Origin: Octopus sinensis
Lineage: Eukaryota
DNA length: 64,000 nucleotides
Assembly (NCBI RefSeq): GCF_006345805.1
Contig: NC_043006.1
Span: 68,572,001 to 68,636,000 of the forward strand
Direction of reading: 5' to 3'
A program made the position numbers and the translations under genes. Position 1 is the first letter of the stretch. Every line of letters begins with the position of its first letter. The notes under the pieces were generated by a model, which saw only the letters and a list, made by a program, of their open reading frames with translations, was not told the DNA's origin and did not search any database. Below are positions 50,560 through 64,000 of this stretch, in pieces.

Positions 50560-51069
50560 TTAACCCCTTTGTTACCAACCCAGCTGTAGTGTAAATGTCT
50601 GGTTTTCATAAGTTTTGAATTAAAATCTACCACCAAACCTTAGTCACTAATTATATTCCTAACACTAGCTTAATAATAACTTATTTTATTAAACTTTTTG
50701 TTATTTTTTTTATGCGCCCTTTTCATGGGCCCGGTTTCCTGGTTTCTGTGGCATATGTGTTCCCCCCCAGCTGGACAGGATGCCAGTCCATCACAGCGTT
50801 ACTCAAGAAACAGGAAAAAAGAGTGAGAGAAAGTTGGGGCAAAAGAGTAAAACAAGGGTCACCACCCACCCCCCTGCCGGAACCTTGTGGAGCTTTAGGT
50901 GTTTTCGCTCAATAAACACACATAATGCCCGGTCTGGGAATCAAAACCGTGATCCTCCGACCATGAGTCTGCTGCCCTAACCATTGCGCCTCCAAACGCT
51001 TTGTTATATTTAAAATAATTGAAAGAAGCACAGAGCATCTCAAAATAAATACAGTAACAAAGGGGTTAA
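50560..51069. mobile_element. piggyBac-like MITE family E with a tRNA-SINE inserted at about 50710-50996 (-)
   Basis: TTAAcccc..ggggTTAA ends; SINE head ggaggcgcaatggttagggc on the minus strand; tttgttat duplicated on both sides of the SINE. Confidence 0.85.
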
Positions 51070-51237
51070 TAAACTGGTAGAATCAGTAGAGAGATGGAAA
51101 AATTGTATTACTCTTAGTGGTGTTCGTTAATGTTCTGAGTTTAAATTCTATAAGCACTAGGAGTTACTTTCTCCGCTACTAGGAGTTTGATAGAATATCA
51201 ACCAGTTCATTACAGTTGTCAATATAATTGATGTTAT

Positions 51238-51480
51238 AAGACGGCAAGCTGGCAGAATCATTAGCATGCAGAACAAAATGCTTAGCAGCATTTCATCCGT
51301 CTTTATGTTCTGAGTTCAAATTCCACTGAGTTTGACTGCCTTTCATCCTTTCACAGCCAATAAAATAAGTAGTAATTGAGCACCAAATTGCAGGCTTTGA
51401 GCCAAGATTTAAAACCAATATAACTGACTTTATCTCTGCCCTTGCCTCCTGCAATTTCAGGCTTTGTGCTGCCAATGTAG
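51238..51480 (+). mobile_element. Family B SINE
   Basis: ggcaagctggcagaa head, gagttcaaattcc B-box, Meta-like domain. Confidence 0.8.
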
Positions 51481-51859
51481 GAAATCACAGAAATTGTATT
51501 GTGACTGATGTGCTAAGAATGAAAATGGATTGTCAACGTTTTGCTGATGTATGACAAAGACTGAATTATCAAAGGTGCATGAGCTTGTAAACACAAGGAT
51601 GTGAAAGCTACTTGATGAACCCAGGTGATAGATACAAAATGTGGTAACAAAGCTACAATCAGGACTTTGATAAAAATAGCCGAGTCCATGCTATTTAATT
51701 TCAAGGAGGTACATATGATTTCCTAGCAGCACTCAGCGCCAAGTGCTACTAGGAAATCATATACATCATCAAATGTGATGGACTTCAGTTTCAGTTTCAT
51801 CTTGATGGCTTGCTGCAGCTCTTAGCAGAAAAGTTGGAGTGTTGTGAGAAACTGATAAT

Positions 51860-52160
51860 AGAAACTGAGTAGTAAGTGATTGTGCGAGAGAAGGGGGGGG
51901 TCAATTGCCAAGTGTGGATGGTGTGCCCGATGAGCTTTATGGATACAAGTTAGACTGGCTTGCCCTTCTTTTGGCATCCCCAATGATGTTAAAATGGTGA
52001 GTGAGGCCATTGTTGAGAAAGGACATGAACTAAGAGAGCATCACTGACAATTTCTGGCTTATAACTCTGCTAAACTCAGAATTTAAGATTTTTGCTAAGA
52101 TGCTTGTGAAGAAGTAGGTACTTGTCATTTATAGTGTATCAGAAGAGTGTACAGTCCTGC
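51860..52160 (+). pseudogene. L1/Tx1-like reverse transcriptase relic
   Basis: DGVPDELY (cf. PG.DG.P.EFY) and ITLLNSEFKIFAKMLVK (cf. RPI.LLN.D.KI.AK). Confidence 0.7.
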
Positions 52161-52174
52161 AATAATTAACCCAT

Positions 52175-52395
52175 TCACTACCGTATTTATTTCGAGATGC
52201 TCTGTGCTTCTTTCAATTAATTCTAAATATAACAAAGAATTTAGTAAAATAACTTAGTTATCATTAAGTTAGTGTTAGGAACATGAATTGTGACTAAGGT
52301 TTGGTGGAAGATTTTAATTCAATACTTATGAAAACAAGACATTTGTACAACAGAACCAGAGGCGGTTTCAGCCATAGTGGTATTGAAAGGGTTAA
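52175..52395. mobile_element. piggyBac-like MITE family E, reverse orientation
   Basis: TTAAccc..gaaagggTTAA; reverse complement of 43241-43469. Confidence 0.85.
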
Positions 52396-54399
52396 ACCTG
52401 GTTTCCATGATGCTCTAATCAGTTTGGATTAATACAAAGCTAATGATGTGTAGGCATATCCTAAAGTTAAGGTATCTACAAAGTTTTCTTGATGGTGAGA
52501 ATGTGGTCTTAATTTGTGTAATTTTGCCCATGACTTTGACAGAGTTGTCATTCCAGGTCAAGTATAATGCAAGACTAAGCACTTGACATCATGAACGTTG
52601 TCAGATATTAAAAGTTCTCAACCAGCTACAGAAGGGCAGTTGGTGGTATGTCAACTTTTATAGTTGTATAGAGGGTTAGTGCTGACCTGAAAGCAACAAC
52701 TTTCTGAGGTGGTCGAGGGTGGAGGCGATTTGAAAGAATCAATGAAGGTTAACTGAACAGAAATGTCCAGTATTAAGAATGGAACTCTGAAGGAAGCTCA
52801 CCACTCACTACCCTTCACTATCATCAACCAGACCCAACTCCAGGAGACAAGCCCTCTAACATCACCCACACCCAGCTGTACCCAATAACACATCCTCCAT
52901 CACCATTAATCAGAACATACTCTACCCCCACCCACCCATTCTAGACAACACATCACTAAGATTACCCACCACCACCACCAACAACAACATCATCATCATC
53001 ATCAACAAGCTACTTCAGGATAAACATTAATTCTCCCACCTCATTCCACATATCCCCTGCATAAAGTGAAATATTCATCCAACTGCCTCCCTTATATATC
53101 CAGGATGGCCTGTGGGGAGGGGAGATTGTCTTCTGATTATTAGGCAGCGACTGAAGAGAAAGGAGTAGGGACACTCCTGCCGTCCCTTTTTTTTTCTCCT
53201 TCCCCCACTGACTGTACCTAGTGAGTCACTGTGCAGCAAATGATGGAAATGGTAAGGGCAGATTAGGGGGCAAGGGCAGTGAGGAGTAGTATAAAGGGAA
53301 TAGGAGAGTAAGAGAGACAGAGTGGGTACGAAGAGAGAGGGAGAGAGAGAGAGATAGACATATAAAAGAAGAAAAGACTGAAAAAGAGAGAAGTTCAAAA
53401 GAAAGGAAGAAAGATAAAGAGATGCAGTAGTAGTAATGCTACATGTCCATCATTACCTCATTGTGGTGGTGGTGGTGGTGGTGGTAGTAGTAGTAGTAGT
53501 AGGAGGAGGAGGAGGAGGCGGAGGTGACAAGTGGAGGCAGTGAGGATTGCATTCCCAGTGCTTGACTGGTTCTTTTAGCAACCCAGGAAGGACGAAAGGG
53601 CTAAGAGGACCTTGGTGGGATTTGAACTCAGGACATGGAGAGACACCAAAAGAAATACAGCCTGGCATTGTGTCTGCTCTAATGAGTGGCAATTCATTAT
53701 CCTCCACTACACAAATACACACACACACACCAAGAAAACTACTGATATTCTTTAACAGTGATGATGATGATGATTGTGAAGGTGGTGGTGATGATGATGA
53801 TAGTAGTGTTTTTCTGATGATGACAATAGTGATGGTGGTGATGATGATAGTGTTTTTGTGACAGTAGTGGTGGTGGTGGTGATGATGAAACATCTCTATT
53901 CCTTCAGATCTTCCCACTCGTATGTCCTAAGACACTATGAGGAGTTGTTGTTGTTGTTGTTGTTGCTACTGTTGAATGATGCTATGCTAGGATGGAGGCG
54001 TGCTACTGGTGGGTGGAAGTGGAGGATGATTTAAGGAAACCAAAAATTAAGCATCGTTAACATTTATTAATTTCACGAATTTAGTGAATAATATTTTTTT
54101 CCTATCGTGACTTCACTTCTCTCCTAATTTCTGCAATTTTCCTTTGATTTTTTTTTTTTCGACTTTCAAAAAGAAAAAAAAAAAAAAGAAAAATTAATTT
54201 CAAATAAAAGAGAAATAAATTGAAACAAATATAAATATTTCAGAAATGAACTAACAGACAGCAAGGGAGGTGGGTGAAGGAATATTTAGAAATTGTAGGG
54301 GGTGTGTTGTGTTCTTATCACAGCTAAGTTGTCAGTCATCATCATGTAACTTGGAACGGTAAGAACAAAGTGGAGGTGAAGGCAGCAGGGGAAGGACTT

Positions 54400-54715
54400 C
54401 TGTCATTTGATTGCAGTCATGCTGGGGCATGAACAGGACTTATATATATTTTGTTCTATCAGTCACTTTCACCGAACTGCTAAGTTACAGGGACATAAAT
54501 ACACCAGCAATGGTTGTCAAGCAGTGGTGGGGAACAAACATAGACACAAACACACACAAACATACATGGTAGGCTTCTTTCAGTTTCCATCTACCAAATC
54601 TACTTACAATGTTTTGGTTAGCCTGGGGCTATAGTAGAAGACACTTGCCCAAGGTGTCATGCAGTGAGACTGAACCTGGAACCATGTGATTAGGAAGTAA
54701 GCTTCTTACAACACA
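54400..54715 (-). mobile_element. CORE SINE family A
   Basis: agaagacacttgcccaagg CORE in reverse, plus the family tail. Confidence 0.8.
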
Positions 54716-54751
54716 GAAAATGACTGGATGGAGTAATTTATAAGTTTAGAC

Positions 54752-55246
54752 CAGGGGTTCTCAACCAGAGTCTATATGACCCCTGGGAGGTCCATATAAG
54801 ACTTTTGGGGATCCATGCTAGCAAAATAGTAAATAGTAAAACAGCAGTGTTTTAAGGGTTCATGAAAAAAGTTTTGATTTAACAGCTGGGTTTCCTTCAT
54901 CATCATCATTTAACATCTGCTTCACATGCTGGCATGAGTTGGATGGTTTGACTGAGGGCTGGCAAACCAGGAGGCTGCATCAGGCTCCAAACTGATTTGG
55001 TAAGGTTTCTACAGCTGGATGCCCTTCTTAATGCCAACCACTCTGAGAGTGTAGTGGGTGCTTTTTATGTGCGCTAACGTTTTTACATAGATCAACTTAT
55101 ATAGGTTCATGAGTAAATAACAAAATAGGTATTTTCCAAGAAGTTTCTATAAAACTAGTTTTTAAACATCGAATGGGTATTGGGATCCACCAGAAAAAAA
55201 TGATAATCAAAGGGGTCCATAGGTAAAAGGTGATTGAGAACCACTG
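54752..55246. mobile_element. hAT-like MITE with an RTE tail inserted at about 54895-55075 (-)
   Basis: TIRs caggggttctcaacc / gattgagaaccactg. Confidence 0.75.
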
Positions 55247-55827
55247 AACCCTCAACATCAGTCATGGGCAAACTATGGCACTTGGGACTTTCTGGATGGT
55301 ACACTTGACAGAAAATTACCTTAAATTTTTTTTGGTAGAGTGGCTTGCTTGAAGAAGAGCCATGTCACATGAAGACCACTTCCTGATAAAGGTTACCCAT
55401 GCCTGTTCGACATGGTCATCTACCCTGCAAGAAATAGCAGTTAAATCTTCCAGAACATATCCTGTTGTCTTTAAAAAAAGAGACACACAAAATAATGTGG
55501 CCCTGGGCCCTCAGTATGCAGTGAAAAGATGGGCTGGTCATGGTTGGGGGTGCCTTCAATTATCATTCTGCTGGATCAGAATTCACCTGCAGGTTAAACA
55601 ACAAAGTTACTAAAAAAGAGATCTCCATTGCAACATCTTCACCTTTTAGCATGATAATCTTAGAGATGTGAGATAAAATTGGTTCCAGTTGATCTGAATA
55701 TGGAATTACTGAAGCAGAAAAACTGACATTTGCCATGATATTATGGCTTTACTGTCAAATTCCTTTGAACTAGCTTCTTCATTACAACTACTTATCCCCT
55801 GTCTGTCTGTCTGGCGGTCTCTCTCTA

Positions 55828-55897
<70 letters not shown>

Positions 55898-57062
55898 AAG
55901 AGAGGGAGAGAGAGAGAAAGAAAGAGAGGAAGAGAAAGAGAGAGAGTCTTCTATATATGCAGTCTGTTTTATATAATTTCTTCCATATTTTCCATTTTAC
56001 AGTGTCATATATACAATCTCTTTAATATATAGCTGTTTCATTTATATACAGTTTTTCTATATACACTATATTTCTTATATATGCAGTCTCTTCTTATATA
56101 CAGTCTGTTATGCTAGAGTAATATATTACAGTTCAATATATGGTCTTTTTAAGCAGGAAGTGTACCTACTGTTTTGCTCTCTGGAAATTGAGGAGGAACT
56201 AAGATGTCTCACTCTATAAGTCCTATGATTAGACAGAGCTGTTAAAAAGACATTACTACAGTAAATAAGCCATTTTGAACTCTTTGTTGTGGCCAATGTT
56301 TAGTCCTTGGTAACTGTTAACCCAGCAGACCTATGATTAAAAGTTGTCCAGGTGTGATTGTCTCTTAATTTTTTTTTTTATTATCTGAAACACTGTATCA
56401 AGAACTTCAATATCTAATGTGTCATTCATTTTCAAAATAGTAGGGTGTGATTTGAAAGAGACTTGGCTGCTGTTTCCAGCAGGTTTAGTGACTACATATA
56501 GCAGTACTCCCCAAAGCAGGTTTCATGAAATAATTCTGAGTTTCCTTGAGATAAAATGTCATTTAATAAAGTTTAATAAAAAATATATTTTATTTTTTTA
56601 AATTAATAAATTCTTTCTCTAAAATAATTTTTAATTCATTGACTGTTTTATTAAAATTAGAATAGCAGAGTTTGTCAGTGAAATATGGATGAAAGGTTCT
56701 ATCATATCAGAGTTCTGTGACAAAATCTAATTGGGAAGTACAGACAAAGACTCCTTCTTTGGGAAATTTAAAGGCCACTGGGATCACAGCAACATAAATT
56801 TCAAGTGGGTTCAAATATTCATGAAATAATTTTGTTGTTAGCATTTCAGAATGCTATTGATTTTTATAAAGGAAAGAACACTATATTGTCAAGGAAGCTT
56901 CTGCTTAACATGAATTTCAACAGATCTAAACCATTTTGGAATGTAATATCCTCATAAAAACATATCTGTATTTACATAGCTTACATGACATTTTGCAAGT
57001 TGGCAGCAGTAATTTATAAACTATTTAACAGTGTGAGTATGTTTGTGTGTGAGTGTTTGTGC

Positions 57063-57096
<34 letters not shown>

Positions 57097-57719
57097 ATTT
57101 TATATGACTGAGAGAGAAAGGCAGAGCGATGTTGTTTGTTGTTTGGAGTGACCTCTAAGGCTAAGACATACAGTTATGCAACAGATACTTGTGTTGGCTA
57201 GTTATTTACTATTGTGGTATTTCTGGAACTGTGGTCTTTTAGTGCTGGTCAAATTTGGCAATCAACACCAAAGATTATAGGGCAAACCATACATTAAAGC
57301 GAAATAACTGTTTCTATTTAGCTTCTTTGCCAATCTATTAACTGTACAATTTGGTTAAAGTTATCACAGTAATAGACTATTTAAACATATTGTTTACAGA
57401 TACCAGGTTCACCACAAAGAGTTCAGAATTGTATTAGCAAAGCAGTAAACCTTCTAAGATAAATATGAACTTGTTCATGTGAATATACCAGCTTCATTAA
57501 TAAAACAATAGCAAAGATGTCCCACATTACAATATAAACTGCCAGAGCAATAAAAACTCTGTAGGAGTGTATTAGTCCTGTAATGTCTGTATAAGATTAT
57601 ATTAGTTATTCACAACTGGTGTTTTTCCTCACAGCTTAATTATTTAATTAACATATTTAATGTTTCTTGCATTAAACATATTATTTCTAATTTAACTTAT
57701 GCACATTAGTGTGCTCTTT

Positions 57720-58150
57720 AATCATCATCATCATCATCATTTAACATCCGTTTTCCATGCTAGCATAGATTGCACAGTTCGACCGGGGTCTGGGAAGCCA
57801 GGAGGCTGCACCAGGCTCCAGTCTGATCTGGCAGTGTTTCTACAGCTGGATGCCCTTCCTAACTCCAACCACTCTGTGAGTGTAGTTGGTGCTTTTTATG
57901 TACCACCAGCATAAGGGCCAGAGGAGGCTGGCAACATCCACGATCGGTTGATGCTTTTTACGTGCCACTGGCATGGACACCAGACAAGATGGCGCTGGCA
58001 TCAGCCATGTTCGGATGGTGTTTTTTATGTGCCACCAGCACAGGTATCACAACTACAATTTCCATTTGATTTTTATTTTGATGTTGATGTTCTTGACTCA
58101 ATAAGTCTCCACAAGCACAGCAGGTCGCCCTACGATCCAAGGTAAGCACA
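57720..58150 (-). mobile_element. RTE 3' UTR/tail
   Basis: Closely similar to 23405-23822. Confidence 0.85.
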
Positions 58151-58293
58151 GCAGGCCATCCTGTGAGCCTATAGTATCCCTGTAGTAAGTACTATGTGAT
58201 AATATTTATGTACTTATACTCCTGTAGTTCTATACTTAGAGATAGTATCCTAATGAGAGTCAATAAAATACTACAGAATTGAGAAAATGCCTT

Positions 58294-58497
58294 TGGCAGA
58301 AACATTAGCACGCCAGGCAAAATGCTTAAAGGTATTTCGTCTGTCTTTACATTCTGAGTTCAACTTCTGACGAGGTCGACTTAGCCTTTCATCCTTTCTG
58401 GGTCGACAAATTAAGTACCAGTTGTGTACTAGGGATCGATCTAATCGACTGGCCCCCTCCTCCAAAATTTTGGGCCTTGTGCCTAGAGTAGAAAAGA
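58294..58497 (+). mobile_element. Family B SINE
   Basis: Head, Meta-like domain and ggccttgtgcctagagtagaa end. Confidence 0.85.
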
Positions 58498-60419
58498 ATA
58501 TAATGTATGCCCCCTGTATATAACTGTTAACTTGTGGGTTGACTAGGTAGGTGAAGAAAAGTTTTTGATTTACCATGTTTACTATTAAAATAATGAATCA
58601 GATACAATGGTCGGACAGGGAACAACAGGTGAAAGAGTTCTTTTCAAACAGAGGTGTGGTTAGGGATTTGTTCTGTAGTTATGTATTATGTGTGTGTGAA
58701 AGATAGATGGATGGAAAGAGAGAAATAGTCCGGAAAAAATGAGTAGAATGTGTGTGAAAGAGTAGTTTTTGAATTAGTAGCAGCTCAGATCATGTTGACA
58801 AGTCTAATCATCAAGTTCAACAGCTGATTGCTGAACAGTGACTGACATGAGGCTTGCCTGTATTGTTCCCTTTTTCCTGCCAACTCCTTTGGTCTAGTCT
58901 ACTCATTGTGTGTCTGCCTTCTTGAAAGACCTTATATTAAGGTCGACTGATCACCATCCACAACTCTTAAGTAGTTTAGTCTCTTGCTTCAAGTGTTTTT
59001 GTGAATATTAAATGGTCAGTTTTTTTCTTTATTTTTTTTTGCTGACATCAATCAGTCAATTTAAATGAGTAATTAAAAGAGGATTAGTATTTAGGTTCTT
59101 GATGATGTCATCAATCAATGTGAAGAAACTGGTTGCTTAACGGAAATTTTCTAATAGGAATTAGTAAATTTCACTTTCAAATTCTAGGCTAACTTGCTAC
59201 AAAACCGATGTAACCTTGTGATTAAGAAGTGGTTTTGAAACCATGTGGTTCCAGGTTCAATCTTACAGCATAGCACCTTGGCAATGTTTCTTCTGTAGCT
59301 TTGGATTCACCCATATATTGTAAGTAGAGTTTAGTAGACAGAAACTGTACACACACAAACAAGTATAGCAGTGTGTGTGTGTGTGTGTGTGTATATATCA
59401 GCTTTTGTAAAAGATAGACATCAGTAAGAAAAATTGTAAATCAGAGCTCAAAGAACAAGCCAATGAGGTATTATTCTATTTCAGTTGCACAGATGCTCCA
59501 TTTTTTACTCTGGTTGCCGGCAATGGATTGATTCAGTGACTGCCTCAGTGGAAACTTGTAATCAATGATGCTATTGCTCACAAACTACAATGCAGAATCA
59601 AATATCTTTTATCCTCTTTGAATCAATACAATAAAATACTGGTCATGTATTGGGACCAATTTATTTGACTGACCTTTACCTAAATTTGTAATTTCTGACA
59701 AAGGTAGATATTATTACAGTAAAGTAATGGGTAGAACATTATTCAGAATTATTTATCCTCCATTACATCATCACTGTTTTCTCTCTCTCTTCCTCCCCAT
59801 CTCTCCTACTGAGGCAGCCATGTATCTTCTTTACTGCAAGATACCTATATCTATCCCTCTACTTATATTGTAACATTTCATCTGGCACAAAGCCACCTTC
59901 CTTAATCCTACTCCCCACCTCAGTTGAGGGGTCTTGTCTAGCTAATTATTTGGTGACCTCAATGTCACTAATATTGTGTAAAAAGCACCCAGGATACTCT
60001 GTAAAGTGGTCAGTACCATGAAGGGCATCCAACCATAGAAACCATTCCAAATTCAGGCAGTAAAGCTTGGTGCAGTCTTCTGACTTCCCAGCTCCATTCA
60101 AACTGTCCAACCCATGCCAGCATGGAAAACTGACATTAAATGATGATGATGATGATAATGATGATGATAGCTACTTAGTTCCATCCCACTACATTCCAAT
60201 TGAAGTTCTGCGAGGGTTAATTGATCTTTCCTTCTGCTAAATGCCAATTAAACTATCAGTGTCACACTTGGGTCTCCTTCCCCACTTAAATGTGTGTCAT
60301 TATCCTAATAAACATATGCCCGCGATCTTATAAATGTGCATCATAATTGCTGTAAATGAATATTCTAACTGTATGTGTTGTTGTGGCTAGGAGCAGGTGG
60401 ATTAGCACTAAACAGTAGT

Positions 60420-60815
60420 TATCTTTATCTTTTACTTGTTTCAGTCATGCTGGAGCACCATCTTGAATGGTTTAGTCAAACAAATCTAGAACTTATTGTG
60501 TCAGTCTCTTTTGCTGAATTGCAAAATTGTGGGGATGTAAACAAACCAACACTGGTTGTTGAGCAGTGCAGGGACACACACACATATATATATATACGTA
60601 TGTATAGATAGATAGGTAGCTAAAGATAGATAGATAGATAGATAGATAGACAGACAGACAATAGACTTCTTTTAGTTTCCATCAACTGAATCAACTCACA
60701 AGACTTTGGTCCACCAAAAAGTATAATAGAAGACACTTGCTCAAGATGCTGAGTAATGAGATTGAACCTAAAGTCACATGGCTGGGAAGCAAACTTCTTA
60801 ACCACACAACCACTC
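60420..60815 (-). mobile_element. Diverged CORE SINE family A
   Basis: Reverse tail (ttttacttgtttcagtca) and CORE (gaagacacttgctcaag). Confidence 0.7.
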
Positions 60816-62430
60816 CACAATTCTTTACTTCAAATCTTGCTGAAACACACTTTGTCTTTCATTCCCCTCTGGGGTCAATAAACAACCAAACAATCATGTA
60901 ATAGAATTGAACCAATGACCTCTATTCTGTCTCCCCTCTATATAAATACCCACCATTATTAAGGAACTGAAGATATTAACAGATTCTACTGGCATTATTC
61001 TACATAAGAAGTAAATCCTGTCCTGGAAATAGAATGGCACCATTGACCAGACAGCACTCTGCTTGGTGAAGATTCTCTCTACTAATGTTTCAATGACCTT
61101 TCACCTTGAGATATGTCTTCACATTACAGTGTGTAGAAGTTTTTACTTAAACACACTTACAATATAATATTATAATTGGTTCTTTGGTTTATGGTTTCAT
61201 TCTTCCCTAGACTTGGTGAAGTCAAACTAAGTGGTTTGTCTCACAGTCTGTCTGTCTACACTAGCAGGATACAAGTACAAGAATATACAACCCATTACAT
61301 TACACACACGTACATGCATTCACATTATTATACACATATCTACAATCTACATCTATACCTACACACATAAATACATACCTACATTAATATTCACATACAA
61401 GCACATACATACATTAGTATACATTACATATACACCCACACATGCAATTGAAGAGATGACATAATCTATAACCCCGAACTATAAAAAGTAAATTTTGAAA
61501 CAATAATTATTTCTGACAATAAACACAATTCATGACCACCACCACTACAACAAGCACAATGACCACCACCACCGCCGCCGTCACCCTTTACTACTACTAC
61601 CATCACAACTATAATGACCATGACAACACCACTACCTCCACTACAACTACCACCACAACTATGTCAAACTGCACCCTACAGTAGACACAAGGTTAAATTC
61701 CACCCTACAAATAACAATAGTTTGTTATATAACTACTTGTACTATATTATCCCATCTGAATCTTTTACAATACACCTCTATCATTTCATCCCTAACAACA
61801 TATTCCATATGATATATACATCATCATCATCATCAGCCCCCTGGACATTACTGTCTTTAGTCCTTGGATTAATAGAACCTGTTACCCAATTTCCAGGACA
61901 TTCCTCCTGAACAAGGTACCTGTCCATTGCAGGGTTTCTCATTTACACCCGAGTAAGCTGAAATAATAAAATGAAATGTTTTGATTATAAACACGATGCA
62001 CTGCCTGGTCTGTGAATTGAAACCATGATCTTGCGATCGTGGGTGCAACACATTAAACACTAGGCCACATGCCTTGCACAACATATATACATATATATGT
62101 AAAGTGGTTGGCATTCAGAAGGGCATCCAGCCATAAAAACCATGCCAAAAATAAACAGAGGAGCTTAAGTGCAGTCCTTCGCTTTCTTTCTGTCAAACCA
62201 TCCCACCCATGCCAGCATGGAAGAGGGACATTAAATGATAATGAGGCTGCTATATTTTCCCCTGCCCAATCAACTATATTTACTATAGATCAAAGAATTT
62301 GCCAAACCATTGGTTAACTACTGCAAATGCACCAGTAACAATCACACATCACTACCACCATCATCACACACCTCTTCACTACTGTTATAATTACATAAAT
62401 ACTTCACAGTTCCTAGTTGATGGTATATTA

Positions 62431-62795
62431 GTTTCAAATTTTGACACAAGGCCAATAACTTCAAGGAAGTTGATTACATTGATGGTACTTATTTTATTAA
62501 ATGGTATTAATTTTATCAAATGATACTTATTTTATCAAATGGCACTTATCTTACCAAATGGCACTAATTTTATCAAATGGTACTTTATAAAATGATACTT
62601 ACTTTATCAAATGGTACTAATTTTATGAAATAGTGCTAATTTTATGAAATAATACTAATTTTATCAAATGGAACTTATTTTATCAACCACAAAAGGATAA
62701 AAGGCAAAGTTGACTTTGACAGAATTTGAACTCTGAACATAAAAACGAATTAAATGCTGCTAAGCATTTTGCCTAGCATGCTAACGATTCTGCCT
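62431..62795 (-). mobile_element. Family B SINE with an internal 11 x 19-bp array
   Basis: tggtacttattttatcaaa unit repeated at 62483-62687 inside the SINE body. Confidence 0.85.
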
Positions 62796-62809
62796 TTATC
62801 ATTATCATC

Positions 62810-63170
62810 ATCATCCAGTGTTTTAAATCCGGGTTTTGTCCCCACTAACCAGGGTGACCAGATCTACCTCAATGCCATAGCAACTGCCCTCATACCGTCT
62901 CGCCAGGTTTTGGACGTCCTCCTTTTTCAAACCAACCCTTCCAACCTCCTCCTCCACCTGTCCCTTGGTCTACCTCACTTTCACACTTCATTTACCTCAA
63001 ATGCAATCACCCTCCTCAACACATGCCCATACCACCTCACTCCATTCGCCCTTTCCAACCATTCCACTGATTCCTCCAATCCCAGCATCCAGCATCCCCA
63101 TCAAATCCTCAATCCTCCTCTAATCAAACAGCTTCACCCCACACATTTCTCTCACCATTGCTCTCTCTCT
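62810..63170 (-). pseudogene. RTE LINE ORF2 C-terminal relic (another subfamily)
   Basis: Minus frame contains VRWYGHVLRR..AFEV and GRP motifs; (CAT)n at the left end. Confidence 0.65.
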
Positions 63171-64000
63171 ATTAAAAACTCATAGAATAACGAATATTTG
63201 CCACATAAACATGTTATCATTCATCCGTTGTTTCATTTAATGTCATTTTCTCAATGTTAGCAAGCCTTTATTTGGAAAGTAACTGAGGGAAGATTTTGAT
63301 GGTTGGATGCTCTTCCTGTTGCCAAACTTTGTCTGTTTTTCAAGTAAAAGATCTTTTATTCTAGAGGAATTCAGCAGTGCAGAGCTAGAGCTGGCAGAGT
63401 ATTTGTTAACAGGAAATATCAATAAATATCACTACTTGCTTCCCAGACTACATTGATTATACAGGCAGCTTAGCATAGGTTGTGAACACATACACACTTA
63501 TTTACATGTATGTATATGTAAACACAAACACACTCACACACACTTGCACACATACACACTCGTACACACACACACACACACATGCACTAATTCCAAGACA
63601 AAACACTAATGAGTCAGAGCCCCATATAGTGGGCCTGAACCCAAAGCCATGTGCTTGGAAAGTGAACTTGTTAACCCTATTTCCATACCTGCATAATATA
63701 TATATCTATATTTTCTATAATATATATGTTGTCATATTTTAATACAGTTATGTAATAAATATACTTTGTCATATTCATATATATATATATCTAAACATTG
63801 TATAAAGATGACTGTTTTTAACTCTTGATGAATCACAGGATGATGATGATAATGATGATGGTGTATGTGTGTGTGTATGAATATGTTATGTGTATATGTT
63901 TGTGTACATGTAATGTTCAAATGTAAAACTACATAACTATTCTACACTATATATTTTTACCTGGGTGTATATAGTATAGAATCTATGGGTGTAGAGTTGG

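Noticed and set aside
53453-53917. 154-aa minus-strand ORF with poly-H/S/P/T runs and a GAG|GTAATG donor
   Set aside because: It is built from trinucleotide repeats plus a reversed family B SINE; there is no recognisable protein signal.
57055-57097. (GC)n(CA)n alternating tract as a functional Z-DNA element
   Set aside because: Such tracts are common throughout this microsatellite-rich window, and nothing singles this one out.

Overview
AT-rich animal genomic DNA, dominated by repeats. The repeat content (tRNA-derived SINEs with CORE-like and Meta-like domains, RTE LINEs with (GAT)n tails, abundant microsatellites) resembles an octopus or other coleoid genome; this is pattern recognition, not a database match. 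No intact protein-coding gene is supportable. The ORF track consists of microsatellite artefacts and decayed transposon frames. Recognisable coding remnants are two RTE reverse transcriptase fragments with a PHD-type finger inside the RT, R4/Dong-like C-termini, an L1/Tx1-like RT fragment, a CR1-like tail and a Tc1/mariner transposase relic. There are many MITEs of piggyBac-, hAT-, pogo- and mariner-like type, plus minisatellites and fold-back palindromes. The best leads are: (1) a recursive-splice-like AG|GTGAGT site on the minus strand at about 5473; (2) a 436-bp head-to-head Penelope-like insertion with a 12-bp target-site duplication and hammerhead ribozyme cores in both arms (38633-39068); (3) TA-embedded fold-back cassettes, including a perfect 84-bp inverted repeat; (4) a CpG-retaining island at about 44.7-46.9 kb that may be a promoter. 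The window may lie largely within a very long intron of a minus-strand gene (inference). Coordinates were read by hand and many repeat boundaries are approximate.
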